Positions 1 through 8,578 of a stretch of 34,819 nt of DNA are shown one piece after another. The stretch lies in the NCBI GenBank assembly GCA_026386835.1, contig JAPLMV010000183.1, positions 1 through 34,819 of the forward strand, written 5' to 3'. Under the pieces are notes generated by a model. It was not told the DNA's origin and searched no databases. It worked only from the letters and a program-made list of their open reading frames with translations. The DNA is from Planctomycetota bacterium. GTDB taxonomy: Bacteria; Planctomycetota; Phycisphaerae; Sedimentisphaerales; Anaerobacaceae. The translations under genes were made by a program, and so were the position numbers. Position 1 is the first letter of the stretch, and each line of letters begins with the position of its first letter.

Positions 1-2
1 CC

Positions 3-617
3 TTAAGCATAATAAGGCAGTCTGCCTAATTCCATAGCTATATCTATTGTTATAACCTTTACCTTTTTAGGAACTATCAAATGATGCGGGGCAAAATTCA
101 AAATGCCCGTAATTCCAGCATCGACCAGTGCATCGGCGACCTGTTGTGCGGCTGGTGCTGGCGTAGCGACAATTCCGAGCGAAATGCCGCGTTTTTTTAA
201 GGTTCGCAGATTTGAAACATCCTCTACGGTCCTGCCGCTGATTTTTTTACCGATTTTTGCCTGGTCGCTGTCAAAGACAGCCAATATCTCAAAACCATAT
301 ACTCCAAAACCTGGATAGGCCAAAATAGCTTTTCCGAGATTGCCTGCGCCAATCAGCGCTGTTTTATGTTTGTTACCCAGCTTGAGAATATTGCGAGTCT
401 GCTTTATCAGCGTATTAACATCGTAGCCGACCCCGCGGATACCGAAATATCCAAAATAAGAAAAATCCTTTCTAATCTGTGCGGGATTAAAGTGCAGAAA
501 ATCGGCGAGTTTCTCGCTGGATACGCCTTTTGCTCCGGTTTCCGCAAAGTAAAGCAGACCGCGCAGATAAACCGGCAGGCGGCGAATACTCTCATCTGGT
601 ATCTTACGATATCTCAT
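3..617 (-). CDS. rex: Redox-sensing transcriptional repressor Rex
   Basis: ORF 3..677. It has the winged-helix signature KIPDESIRRLPVYLRGL and the Rossmann motif IGAGNLGKA typical of Rex. The start is trimmed to the ATG at 617 (MRYRKIPDES...) because Rex proteins start about 10 aa before the RLP.Y motif. The longer version uses GTG and would run over a Rex-box-like palindrome. Confidence 0.85.
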   Translation of the reverse strand: MRYRKIPDESIRRLPVYLRGLLYFAETGAKGVSSEKLADFLHFNPAQIRKDFSYFGYFGIRGVGYDVNTLIKQTRNILKLGNKHKTALIGAGNLGKAILAYPGFGVYGFEILAVFDSDQAKIGKKISGRTVEDVSNLRTLKKRGISLGIVATPAPAAQQVADALVDAGITGILNFAPHHLIVPKKVKVITIDIAMELGRLPYYA

Positions 618-636
618 AAACAAATATATAATACGT

Positions 637-654
637 TTGTGCTTGTGCTCACAA
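637..654. promoter_or_regulatory. Candidate Rex operator in the rex/sppA divergent intergenic region
   Basis: Read on the minus strand the site is TTGTGAGCACAAGCACAA. It matches 11 of the 14 specified positions of the Rex-box consensus TTGTGAA-N4-TTCACAA and sits 20-37 nt upstream of the rex ATG. Confidence 0.4.
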
Positions 655-850
655 TCACAAAGTAAGGTATTGTACACGCAAAAATTTATTTATCAAGAAA
701 ATTCCGGCAATTTTTGCAGCCAGGCGTATGCTCGTCATGTTAAAAAAAGGCAGCAGGGTTCCCTGGATATCCAATAATTGAATAATCTTTAAATTGACAA
801 CGACGTCTGTTTGTTCTAAAATACCTCCATGCTTTTGGAAAGGGCTTATT

Positions 851-1885
851 ATGGATTTTGAGCAGAATAATAATCAAACGCCGCCACCGCCAATTTACAA
901 TGTGATTCAAAACGCACCAGCAGTACCGAAAAGACGCGGATGGAAGATTTTCTGGGGCATTATCACAACATTTTCGATTTTGGCAAATGTCATACTGCTT
1001 TTGCTGCTGGTCGGGGTAGCTGCGATTTTTGCAACAGGTCAAAGGGGGTTTTTAACAGAGGAAATAATACAGGCCGGCCCCAAAACCACCAAGATAGCAG
1101 TAATATCCGTAAATGGAGTAATTGATGACATGCGGTCCAGCGAGGTATATGAACAGCTAATAACTGACAGAAGCGACAGCCGAGTCAAAGGTCTGATTAT
1201 CAGGGATAATACCCCCGGCGGAATGATTTCATCGAGCGACCAGATATACAATGAGATATCGAAATACCGCCATGAAACAAATAAGCCGGTCGTCGCATTT
1301 ATGCAGGGTATCGCCGCTTCAGGCGGATATTACGCCGCAGTTTCATGTGATAAAATCATCGCTGAGCCGACCGCAATCACCGGCTCAATCGGTGTGATAA
1401 TAGGCCACTTTGTCCTGCAGGAATTGCTTGAGCAAAAGCTCGGAATCCAGCCGGTCATAATCAAATCGGGCCCGAAAAAAGATTGGCCCAGCCCCTTCCA
1501 GATGGTTACAGACGAGCAGAAACAGTATTTGCAGGATAAGCTCATTACGCCCGCTTATGAAAGATTTGTCCAGCTTGTCGCCCAAGGCAGAAGTGCGGTA
1601 CTTACGATTGACGACGTCCGTCGCCTTGCCGACGGCAGCATCTACGGCGCCAAGGAGGCGCTTGGCGAAAAGCTCATTGACCAGATCGGCTATCTTGATG
1701 ATGCGATAAATCTGGTCAAATCTCTGGCAGAACTTGAGCAGGCCGCTGTGATTGAATACCGCAAGCCCTTCTCGTTATCCGACATTCTGAGCGCAGGCAG
1801 TGCCGGCTCTTTGAAAATCACCAGTTCTGCGTTATACGAATTCAGCACACCGAAAGTAATGTATCTTTGGAGCGGATATTATTAG
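851..1885 (+). CDS. sppA: Signal peptide peptidase SppA, 36K type (peptidase S49)
   Basis: ORF 794..1885, trimmed to the ATG at 851 (MDFEQNN...). It has an N-terminal TM anchor (IITTFSILANVILLLLLVGVAAIF) and the S49 serine motif GIAASGGYY. Confidence 0.8.
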   Translation: MDFEQNNNQTPPPPIYNVIQNAPAVPKRRGWKIFWGIITTFSILANVILLLLLVGVAAIFATGQRGFLTEEIIQAGPKTTKIAVISVNGVIDDMRSSEVYEQLITDRSDSRVKGLIIRDNTPGGMISSSDQIYNEISKYRHETNKPVVAFMQGIAASGGYYAAVSCDKIIAEPTAITGSIGVIIGHFVLQELLEQKLGIQPVIIKSGPKKDWPSPFQMVTDEQKQYLQDKLITPAYERFVQLVAQGRSAVLTIDDVRRLADGSIYGAKEALGEKLIDQIGYLDDAINLVKSLAELEQAAVIEYRKPFSLSDILSAGSAGSLKITSSALYEFSTPKVMYLWSGYY

Positions 1886-2072
1886 TCAACTGACACATTT
1901 AGGGAAGAGTGGGAATGGTGTGAAAGTGGGAAGGCAGAGGCGGAGGCAAAATTCTATTACCACAAAACCTTGAAATTGTTAAAAAAACACAGGTTTGGCG
2001 GGGAAAATTTAACCTTAAAAAGCTGTTTATTAGCAGTTTCTTATCAGTTTTGCAGTATAGGCCTTTGGCCGC

Positions 2073-2102
2073 TTGACTGTGCTTGTCAGAAAATGATACG
2101 AT
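2073..2102 (+). promoter_or_regulatory. Possible sigma70-type promoter of the Wood-Ljungdahl operon
   Basis: TTGACT (2073-2078), an 18-nt spacer, then TACGAT (2097-2102), about 70 nt upstream of cooC. Identified by sequence pattern only. Confidence 0.25.
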
Positions 2103-2170
2103 GATATTCCCGGGTGTCGTTTAAGAAACCGATTTGGAGTTGGAAATAGTTGATTGGCGGTAATTTTACG

Positions 2171-2959
2171 ATGGGCGTAAAAATAGCTATAGGTGGTAAG
2201 GGCGGCGTCGGCAAGACCACGGTTTGTGCCATATGGGCGAAACTATTTTCCGAGGACGGCCTTGACGTCTTGGCAATTGATGCCGACTCGAGCGTCAGCT
2301 TGTCTCTGGCGTTCGGCATACCCTTCGAAAAAACTCCAAAGCCCCTTATCGAAATGAAGGAACTTATCGGTGAGCGCAGCGGCACAGGAAAAAATGCGGT
2401 CGGGGCATATTTCAGATTGAACCCCAAAGTCAGTGACCTGCCTGAGCAGTTCTGGCTCGATTTGGGCAAGGTCAAACTGCTGGTTTTGGGGGCAATCACA
2501 CAGGCAGGGGCCGGCTGTGCCTGTGCGGAAGGCGCGTTTTTAAAGGCACTTCTGACGCATACAATCCTGCAGAGGCAGGAGGTTGTTCTGGTTGATTTGG
2601 CCGCCGGTGTGGAATGTATGGGCAGAGCCAGCGTTCAGGGCATTGATGCGATGGTGGTGGTTGTCGAACCTGGCGCAAGGAGCATTGAAACTGCTAACAG
2701 CGTTGCAGCGATGGCTAATGAGCTTGGGATAAAAACTGTCGGCGTAATTGGAAACAAGATTACGGACAAATCCCAGATTGATGTAATTAAATCCGGCTTG
2801 GCTAAGCAGAGTTCAGTGGTATGGCTGGGAGCATTGCCCTACAGCAAAACCCTGCAGCAGGCAGACCTGAAACGAGAACCGGTGATTGACGCAGACAAAA
2901 AAATCGTGAAAGAATTGACGAAGGCAAAAAATAAATTGATGGAATTAATAAGTGGATAG
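2171..2959 (+). CDS. cooC: CooC-type Ni-insertion ATPase (CODH maturation factor)
   Basis: ORF 2150..2959. It has the deviant Walker A motif GGKGGVGKTT and a CxC metal motif (GAGCACAEG). The ATG at 2171 gives the usual MGVKIAIGGKGG N-terminus. Confidence 0.85.
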   Translation: MGVKIAIGGKGGVGKTTVCAIWAKLFSEDGLDVLAIDADSSVSLSLAFGIPFEKTPKPLIEMKELIGERSGTGKNAVGAYFRLNPKVSDLPEQFWLDLGKVKLLVLGAITQAGAGCACAEGAFLKALLTHTILQRQEVVLVDLAAGVECMGRASVQGIDAMVVVVEPGARSIETANSVAAMANELGIKTVGVIGNKITDKSQIDVIKSGLAKQSSVVWLGALPYSKTLQQADLKREPVIDADKKIVKELTKAKNKLMELISG

Positions 2960-2965
2960 TGGATG

Positions 2966-3015
2966 GTGATTAGTGATTCGCAGATTCGAACCACTAACCA
3001 CGAATCACAAACCAC
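2966..3015. repeat. Imperfect inverted repeat (15-nt arms, 13/15 complementary, 20-nt loop) between cooC and cooS
   Basis: GTGATTAGTGATTCG (2966-2980) pairs with CGAATCACAAACCAC (3001-3015). The core GTGATTCG/CGAATCAC is perfect. It belongs to the same ACGAA-rich repeat style seen at 16150-16210 and 16620-16650. Confidence 0.5.
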
Positions 3016-3032
3016 GAAAGAGTGAGGTATTT

Positions 3033-4963
3033 ATGAATCCGCAGGAACGCAGTATTGACAAGGCGTCACAGGAAATGTTAAGCCGAATGACAGCGGCAGG
3101 CCAGGAAAACGCATGGGACCGGCTTGCGGCACAGTTGCCTCAGTGTGGTTTCGGCAAGCAGGGAATCTGCTGCCGGATTTGCACGATGGGGCCGTGCCGA
3201 ATATCCAAGAAATCACCGCTTGGTGTTTGCGGCGCAAATGCCGACACCATTGTTGCCCGCAACTTTTTAAGAGCTGTTGCTGCAGGCACGAGTGCACACA
3301 GCGACCACGGCAGAGGTGTTGCGGAGGTATTTCTGGAGGCGGCAAAAGGGGATGTGAAGGATTACGGGATAAAGGACAGGGTTAAGTTATTCAAACTTGC
3401 AAAGGAGTTCGGCGTTGAGACCAAGGACCGCTCTGTAAACGATATTGCGACAGATGTCGGCAAGATTGCAGTAGAGGAGTTTGGCAAGCACGAGGGGACG
3501 CAATTGATGGCTCGCAGGGCGCCGGCGGTGAGACAGGCACTTTGGAAAAAGTTTGACATTACGCCGCGGGCGATAGACCGCGAGGTTGTCGAGGCGCTTC
3601 ACAGAAGCACGATGGGTGTGGACCAGGATTACAAGAACCTGATTATGCATGCATGCAGAACCGCACTTGCGGACGGATGGGGCGGCTCGATGCTTGCGAC
3701 GGAATTGCAGGATATACTTTTCGGTACGCCGTATCCGGGCAAAGGCGAAGTGAACCTCGGTGTGCTGAAAAAAGATGAAGTAAACATCGTGGTGCATGGT
3801 CATGAGCCGATTCTGTCAGAGATGATTGTTGCTGCGGCGCAAGATGGCGAACTGTTGAAACAGGCACAAAGCGTCGGCGCAAAGGGAATCAATGTCGCAG
3901 GGATGTGCTGCACGGCAAATGAGCTTCTTTCGCGACATGGTATTCCTGTAGCGGGAAATTTCTTAAGTCAGGAACTGGCGGTTGCCACAGGCGCGGTGGA
4001 CGTGATGGCTGTGGATGTGCAGTGCGTGATGGAGGGTCTTGCGCAGGTTGCCCGCTGTTACCATACCAAGCTGATTACCACCGTGGATAAGGCAAGAATT
4101 ACCGGTGTTGAGCATATTTCGATGGATGAGAAGAACGTTCTCAATACAGCCAAGAAAATTGTCAAAATGGGCATCGAAAACTACAAGAACCGTGGTGAAG
4201 TTTACATCCCAAATGAAAAACAAACGGCAGTGATGGGCTTTACTCACGAGTCAATCAACTATATTCTCGGCGGACATTACCGGGCGAGCTATCGGCCGCT
4301 GAACGATAATATTATTAACGGCAGAATACGCGGGGTGGTCGGTATTGTCGGCTGCTCAAATCCGAAGGTTCAGCAGGACTTTACGCATACGACACTGGCT
4401 AAAGAGCTTATTAAAAGGGATGTTCTGGTGCTGACACCGGTTGTGCAACAATCGCATGCGGCAAACAGGGGTTGACAAATCCCAAGATTGCACTTGAATG
4501 GGCAGGGCCGGGTCTTAGAGAGGTTTGCGAAGCGGTGGGCATACCGCCTGTATTGACCTGCGGCAGCTGCGTGGATAACAGCCGGCTGCTTGTTGCCTGC
4601 TCGGAAATCGTGCGTGAAGGAGGCCTTGGCGACGACATATCCCAGTTGCCGGCAGCAGGGGCATGCCTTGAGTCGATTACCGAAAAGGCGATTGCCATCG
4701 GCCAATATTTTGTGGCGAGCGGCATGATGGTTATTTTCTCAAATGAAATGCTGCCTATACACGGCAGTCAGAACGTCAGTGATTATCTGCTTAACGGCAT
4801 CGAAAAGGACCTTGGCGGAAAATGGGTTCTCGAAGCCGACCCTGTAAAGGCAGCAGAAATCCTTTTAGCTCAAATCGAGAGCAAGCGTGATGCCCTTGGC
4901 ATCAACAAGAAATCGGAACGTAAACTTTATGACATGGCCGACAGGCGTGCATTGATTGTTTAA
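3033..4963 (+). pseudogene. cooS: Ni-Fe carbon monoxide dehydrogenase catalytic subunit (CooS/AcsA), reading frame broken near 4434-4439
   Basis: ORF 2973..4475 (start trimmed to the ATG at 3033 after a GAGG RBS) carries the B/D-cluster cysteines (CGFGKQGICCRICTMGPCRI), HGHEP and GMCCTANE. ORF 4472..4963 carries GSCVDNSR and AAGACLES. The homologous sequence continues as ...TGCATIACGKQGLTNPK in the frame displaced by one nt from about 4439, upstream of the called start of the second ORF. Confidence 0.85.
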
Positions 4964-4982
4964 GGATAGAAGAGGTTAAAAT

Positions 4983-7169
4983 ATGTCTAAAATTATTGCA
5001 TCAGCAGCCATACGAGGGGCACATAAGATAGCCGGACAGGCCAGGGATATATTATCCAAGGCCATCGCCGAAAAGGGCAGAGACTGTCCGGTGGAATTTC
5101 CCAATACCGGCTATTATATGCCAATCATTTATTCAATGACCGCAAGGGCGGTAAAAACCCTTGCGGATTTTGAAGAGGTAATAAAGGAAATCGACGATTT
5201 GCTTCCTCCGCTGGTTGATGACGATGTGTGGATACCGTATCTTGGGCCTGCCCTGGATGCGGGCATGGCGACACTTTTTGCCGAGGAGATTATTGAGGCG
5301 TGCAAATATCTGGTCGGGCCAAATCCTGTAAACGGCATCTGGCTTGGAGCGGCAGACGACGTTATTCTGCGAGAGCGAGGCATTCAGTTTGTAGACGGCA
5401 CGGCACCTGGTTTTGCCGCTGTGGTGGGTGCTGCACCGGATGTGGAAACTGCTGTTGAAATCGCGCGCAAGATGCAGGAGCGATGCCTGTATGTCTTTAT
5501 GTGCGCGCACAATAACGGCACAAGTTTCGCCGAGCAGCTTGTCGAGGGCGGCGTGCAGCTTGGATGGGAAACGCGGCTCGTGCCTTTCGGAAGGGGCATT
5601 ACCGCTGCGATATATGCGCTTGGATTTGCAAGCAGGGCGGCACTTAGTTTCGGGGGTGTCCAGCCGGGCGATTACCACCGAAATCTGCTCTACAACAAAA
5701 ACAGGATTTTCGCCTTTGTTATGGCGCTTGGCGAAGTCAGCGATGAATGGTATGCTACGGCGGCAGGTGCGATAAATTACGGTTTCCCAACAATCGCGGA
5801 TTCCGATATTCCGCAGATTTTGCCGACAGGCGTATGCACCTACGAACACGTCGTATCCAATGTGCCACACAAAAACATCGTGGAAAAAGCCATCGAAGTT
5901 CGCGGCCTTAAAATAAAAATATCGAAAGTCCCTATTCCTGTGTCATACAGTCCTGCCTTTGAGGGCGAACGAATCCGCAAAGAAGATATGCACTGCGAGT
6001 TCGGCGGCCAGAGGACACCTGCCTTCGAATGGATAAGAATGAAAGACATAAGCGAAGTAGATGACGGAAAAATAGAAATCATCGGACCAAATGTCGATGC
6101 CGTCGAAGAGGGTGGAAAACTGCCGCTGGGCATTGTTATCGAAGTGGCGGGAAGAAAGATGCAGCCTGATTTTGAGCCGGTGCTCGAACGGCAGGTGCAT
6201 ACATTTCTCAACGAGGCGCAGGGTATCTGGCACATGGGACAGCGAGACAGCAACTGGATGCGAATCAGTAAAGGGGCTTACAAGGCAGGGTTCAGGCTCG
6301 AGCATTTCGGAAAGATTCTGCATGCGATGTATCACGAACGGTACTCGAGTATTTTAGACAAGGTGCAGGTCAAGCTATACACGGACGAAAAAGATGTTGT
6401 GAAACTTCGTAAGGAGGCGGTGAAGGTGTATGCCGAGCGTGATGCCCGGCTTGCGGGTATGACCGACGAGGATGTTGACACCTTCTATTCGTGCACACTT
6501 TGCCAGAGCTTTGCACCGAATCACGTTTGTATCGTTTCTGCGGAAAGGCCCGGTCTTTGCGGGGCTTACAGCTGGCTTGACTGCCGAGCCGCTTATGAAA
6601 TAACTCCGACCGGTCCCAATCAGCCGATAGCGAAGGGCAACTCTGTCGATTCCAAGATCGGCCAGTGGGAAAAAGTAAATGAATTTGTCAGCAAATCGAG
6701 CGGCGGACATATCGAGCGGATGAGCCAGTACAGCATGATTGTCGACCCGATGACGTCCTGCGGCTGCTTCGAGTGCATCTCTGCGATACTGCCTTCGACG
6801 GGCGGCATAATGATTGCCAATCGCGAATATCCTGAAATGACGCCTTGCGGGATGAAGTTTTCAACCCTTGCCGGCACGGTTGGCGGCGGACAGCAGACGC
6901 CGGGGTTCATCGGCCATTCAAAACAGTTTATCACATCGAGGAAATTTATTGCCGCCGAGGGCGGAATCAAACGCGTCGTATGGATGCCTTCCGTATTAAA
7001 GCAGGAAATTAAAAATACCTTCGCCCAAAGAGCTGATGAACTCGGCCTGGGCGGCGAAGAATTTTTAACAAAGATTGCCGATGAAACCACAGCAACAACG
7101 GAAGAGGAAGTTCTGGACTTTATTACAAAGGCAGGCCACCCGGCAGCAACTATGGAACCGATGTTCTAA
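4983..7169 (+). CDS. acsB: Acetyl-CoA synthase (CODH/ACS alpha subunit, A-cluster protein)
   Basis: 728 aa. It has the A-cluster [4Fe-4S] motif CTLCQSFAPNHVCIVSAERPGLCGA and the Ni-Ni Cys-Gly-Cys motif SCGCFEC. The RBS is GAAGAGG. Confidence 0.95.
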   Translation: MSKIIASAAIRGAHKIAGQARDILSKAIAEKGRDCPVEFPNTGYYMPIIYSMTARAVKTLADFEEVIKEIDDLLPPLVDDDVWIPYLGPALDAGMATLFAEEIIEACKYLVGPNPVNGIWLGAADDVILRERGIQFVDGTAPGFAAVVGAAPDVETAVEIARKMQERCLYVFMCAHNNGTSFAEQLVEGGVQLGWETRLVPFGRGITAAIYALGFASRAALSFGGVQPGDYHRNLLYNKNRIFAFVMALGEVSDEWYATAAGAINYGFPTIADSDIPQILPTGVCTYEHVVSNVPHKNIVEKAIEVRGLKIKISKVPIPVSYSPAFEGERIRKEDMHCEFGGQRTPAFEWIRMKDISEVDDGKIEIIGPNVDAVEEGGKLPLGIVIEVAGRKMQPDFEPVLERQVHTFLNEAQGIWHMGQRDSNWMRISKGAYKAGFRLEHFGKILHAMYHERYSSILDKVQVKLYTDEKDVVKLRKEAVKVYAERDARLAGMTDEDVDTFYSCTLCQSFAPNHVCIVSAERPGLCGAYSWLDCRAAYEITPTGPNQPIAKGNSVDSKIGQWEKVNEFVSKSSGGHIERMSQYSMIVDPMTSCGCFECISAILPSTGGIMIANREYPEMTPCGMKFSTLAGTVGGGQQTPGFIGHSKQFITSRKFIAAEGGIKRVVWMPSVLKQEIKNTFAQRADELGLGGEEFLTKIADETTATTEEEVLDFITKAGHPAATMEPMF

Positions 7170-7231
7170 AATTAGCATATAGTTAAAACGTTAAGGCGAA
7201 AAATTTTATTTAAAAGGATAAGGATGAAGTT

Positions 7232-8569
7232 ATGGCGCTGACAGGATTGGATATATTTAAGCTTCTACCAAAAACCAACTGCAAGAAATGCGGCATGCCG
7301 ACATGTCTTGCTTTTGCGATGCAGCTTGCACAAAAAAAGGCCAAGCTGGATAAATGCCCGGACGTTTCGGAAGAGGCCAAGCAATTATTGGCGGCGGCGG
7401 CGGCACCGCCTATGCGGCTGGTAAAGTTCGGCTCCGGTGATAATCAGGTACAGGCAGGTCAGGAGACCGCCCTGTTCAGGCATGAGGATAAGTTTTATAA
7501 TCCGACTGTTCTTGCTGCGACAATTTCCGACAAGCTCACAGGCACAGAACTCCATAATCGCATCGAAGCCATAAATGCACTGAAGTTCGAGCGTATCGGC
7601 ACTAAAATTGGCGCAAAGGCTATAGCGGTCATCAACGAAAGCGGATTGGCTGACGCATTTGCTGCTGCAGCGGCTGCGGTAAAAAACCAGAGCAAGCTTG
7701 CTATAATCCTTGTTTCGGATTCTCCGCAGGCGATAGCCGCAGCGGTGAGTAAAACCGCAGGGGCAATGCCCTTAATTGCATCTGCAAAAATGGACACTGC
7801 TGAGGCAATTGCAAAAATCGCAAAAGAAAATAATTGCCCGGTTGTCGCAAAGGCAAACTCCATCGAGGCAATTTCCCAACTGAGCGAAAAAATCAAGGCA
7901 CAGGGCGTTGAGGATATTGTACTTACTCTCGACGGAATGAATCTGCGTGACCAGATGTTTAACCTGTCGAGGATGCGTGTTCTGTCCCTGAAGAAGGTAT
8001 TCAGACCCATGGGGTATCCTGTAATATCTTTTGTCAAAGGCACAAGCTGCGACCAGCAGGCGGCAATTGCGACAAGTCTTATCTGCAAGTATTCAAACAT
8101 TGTCGTGGTCGATACGGTTGAGCCTGGTGCGTGGCTGGCTATGCTGACCGCTGTGATGAATATCTACAGTGACCCGCAAAAGCCGGTGCAGGTCGAGCCG
8201 AAGATTTATCCTGTCGGGGAGCCGAATGAAAATTCCCCGCTTTTATTTACGACCAATTTCTCGCTTACCTATTACACCGTCGAATCGGATGTTGAAGCAA
8301 GCAGAGTGCCCAGCTATATTCTCGTGGTCGATACCGAAGGCACCAGTGTGCTGACGGCTTATTCTGGCGATAAACTCAACGAAAAAATAGTGGCTGAGGC
8401 GATGAAGAAATTCAACACCGAAAATCTCGTCAAACACCGCAAACTGATAATACCCGGCTATGTGGCGGTAATGAGCGGCAAGCTCGAAGAAGCAACCGGC
8501 TGGGAAATCATGGTCGGACCGAGAGAATCCTCGATGCTGCCGAAGTACCTGCAGGAAGTCTGGAAATAA
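7232..8569 (+). CDS. acsC: Corrinoid iron-sulfur protein large subunit (gamma)
   Basis: 445 aa with the N-terminal [4Fe-4S] motif CKKCGMPTCLAFAMQLA. Length and cluster position match AcsC. Confidence 0.9.
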   Translation: MALTGLDIFKLLPKTNCKKCGMPTCLAFAMQLAQKKAKLDKCPDVSEEAKQLLAAAAAPPMRLVKFGSGDNQVQAGQETALFRHEDKFYNPTVLAATISDKLTGTELHNRIEAINALKFERIGTKIGAKAIAVINESGLADAFAAAAAAVKNQSKLAIILVSDSPQAIAAAVSKTAGAMPLIASAKMDTAEAIAKIAKENNCPVVAKANSIEAISQLSEKIKAQGVEDIVLTLDGMNLRDQMFNLSRMRVLSLKKVFRPMGYPVISFVKGTSCDQQAAIATSLICKYSNIVVVDTVEPGAWLAMLTAVMNIYSDPQKPVQVEPKIYPVGEPNENSPLLFTTNFSLTYYTVESDVEASRVPSYILVVDTEGTSVLTAYSGDKLNEKIVAEAMKKFNTENLVKHRKLIIPGYVAVMSGKLEEATGWEIMVGPRESSMLPKYLQEVWK

Positions 8570-8578
8570 AAGTTAAAA

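Noticed and set aside
2985-3000. tRNA-like GGTTCGAA motifs (here on the minus strand, and GGTTCGAC at 23229-23246)
   Set aside because: The flanks do not form a T-arm, let alone a cloverleaf. They are parts of REP-like repeats.
4472-4475. TGA at the end of the first cooS fragment as a selenocysteine or read-through codon
   Set aside because: Homology to CooS continues in a different frame starting upstream of this TGA (from about 4439), so recoding of the stop would not restore the protein.
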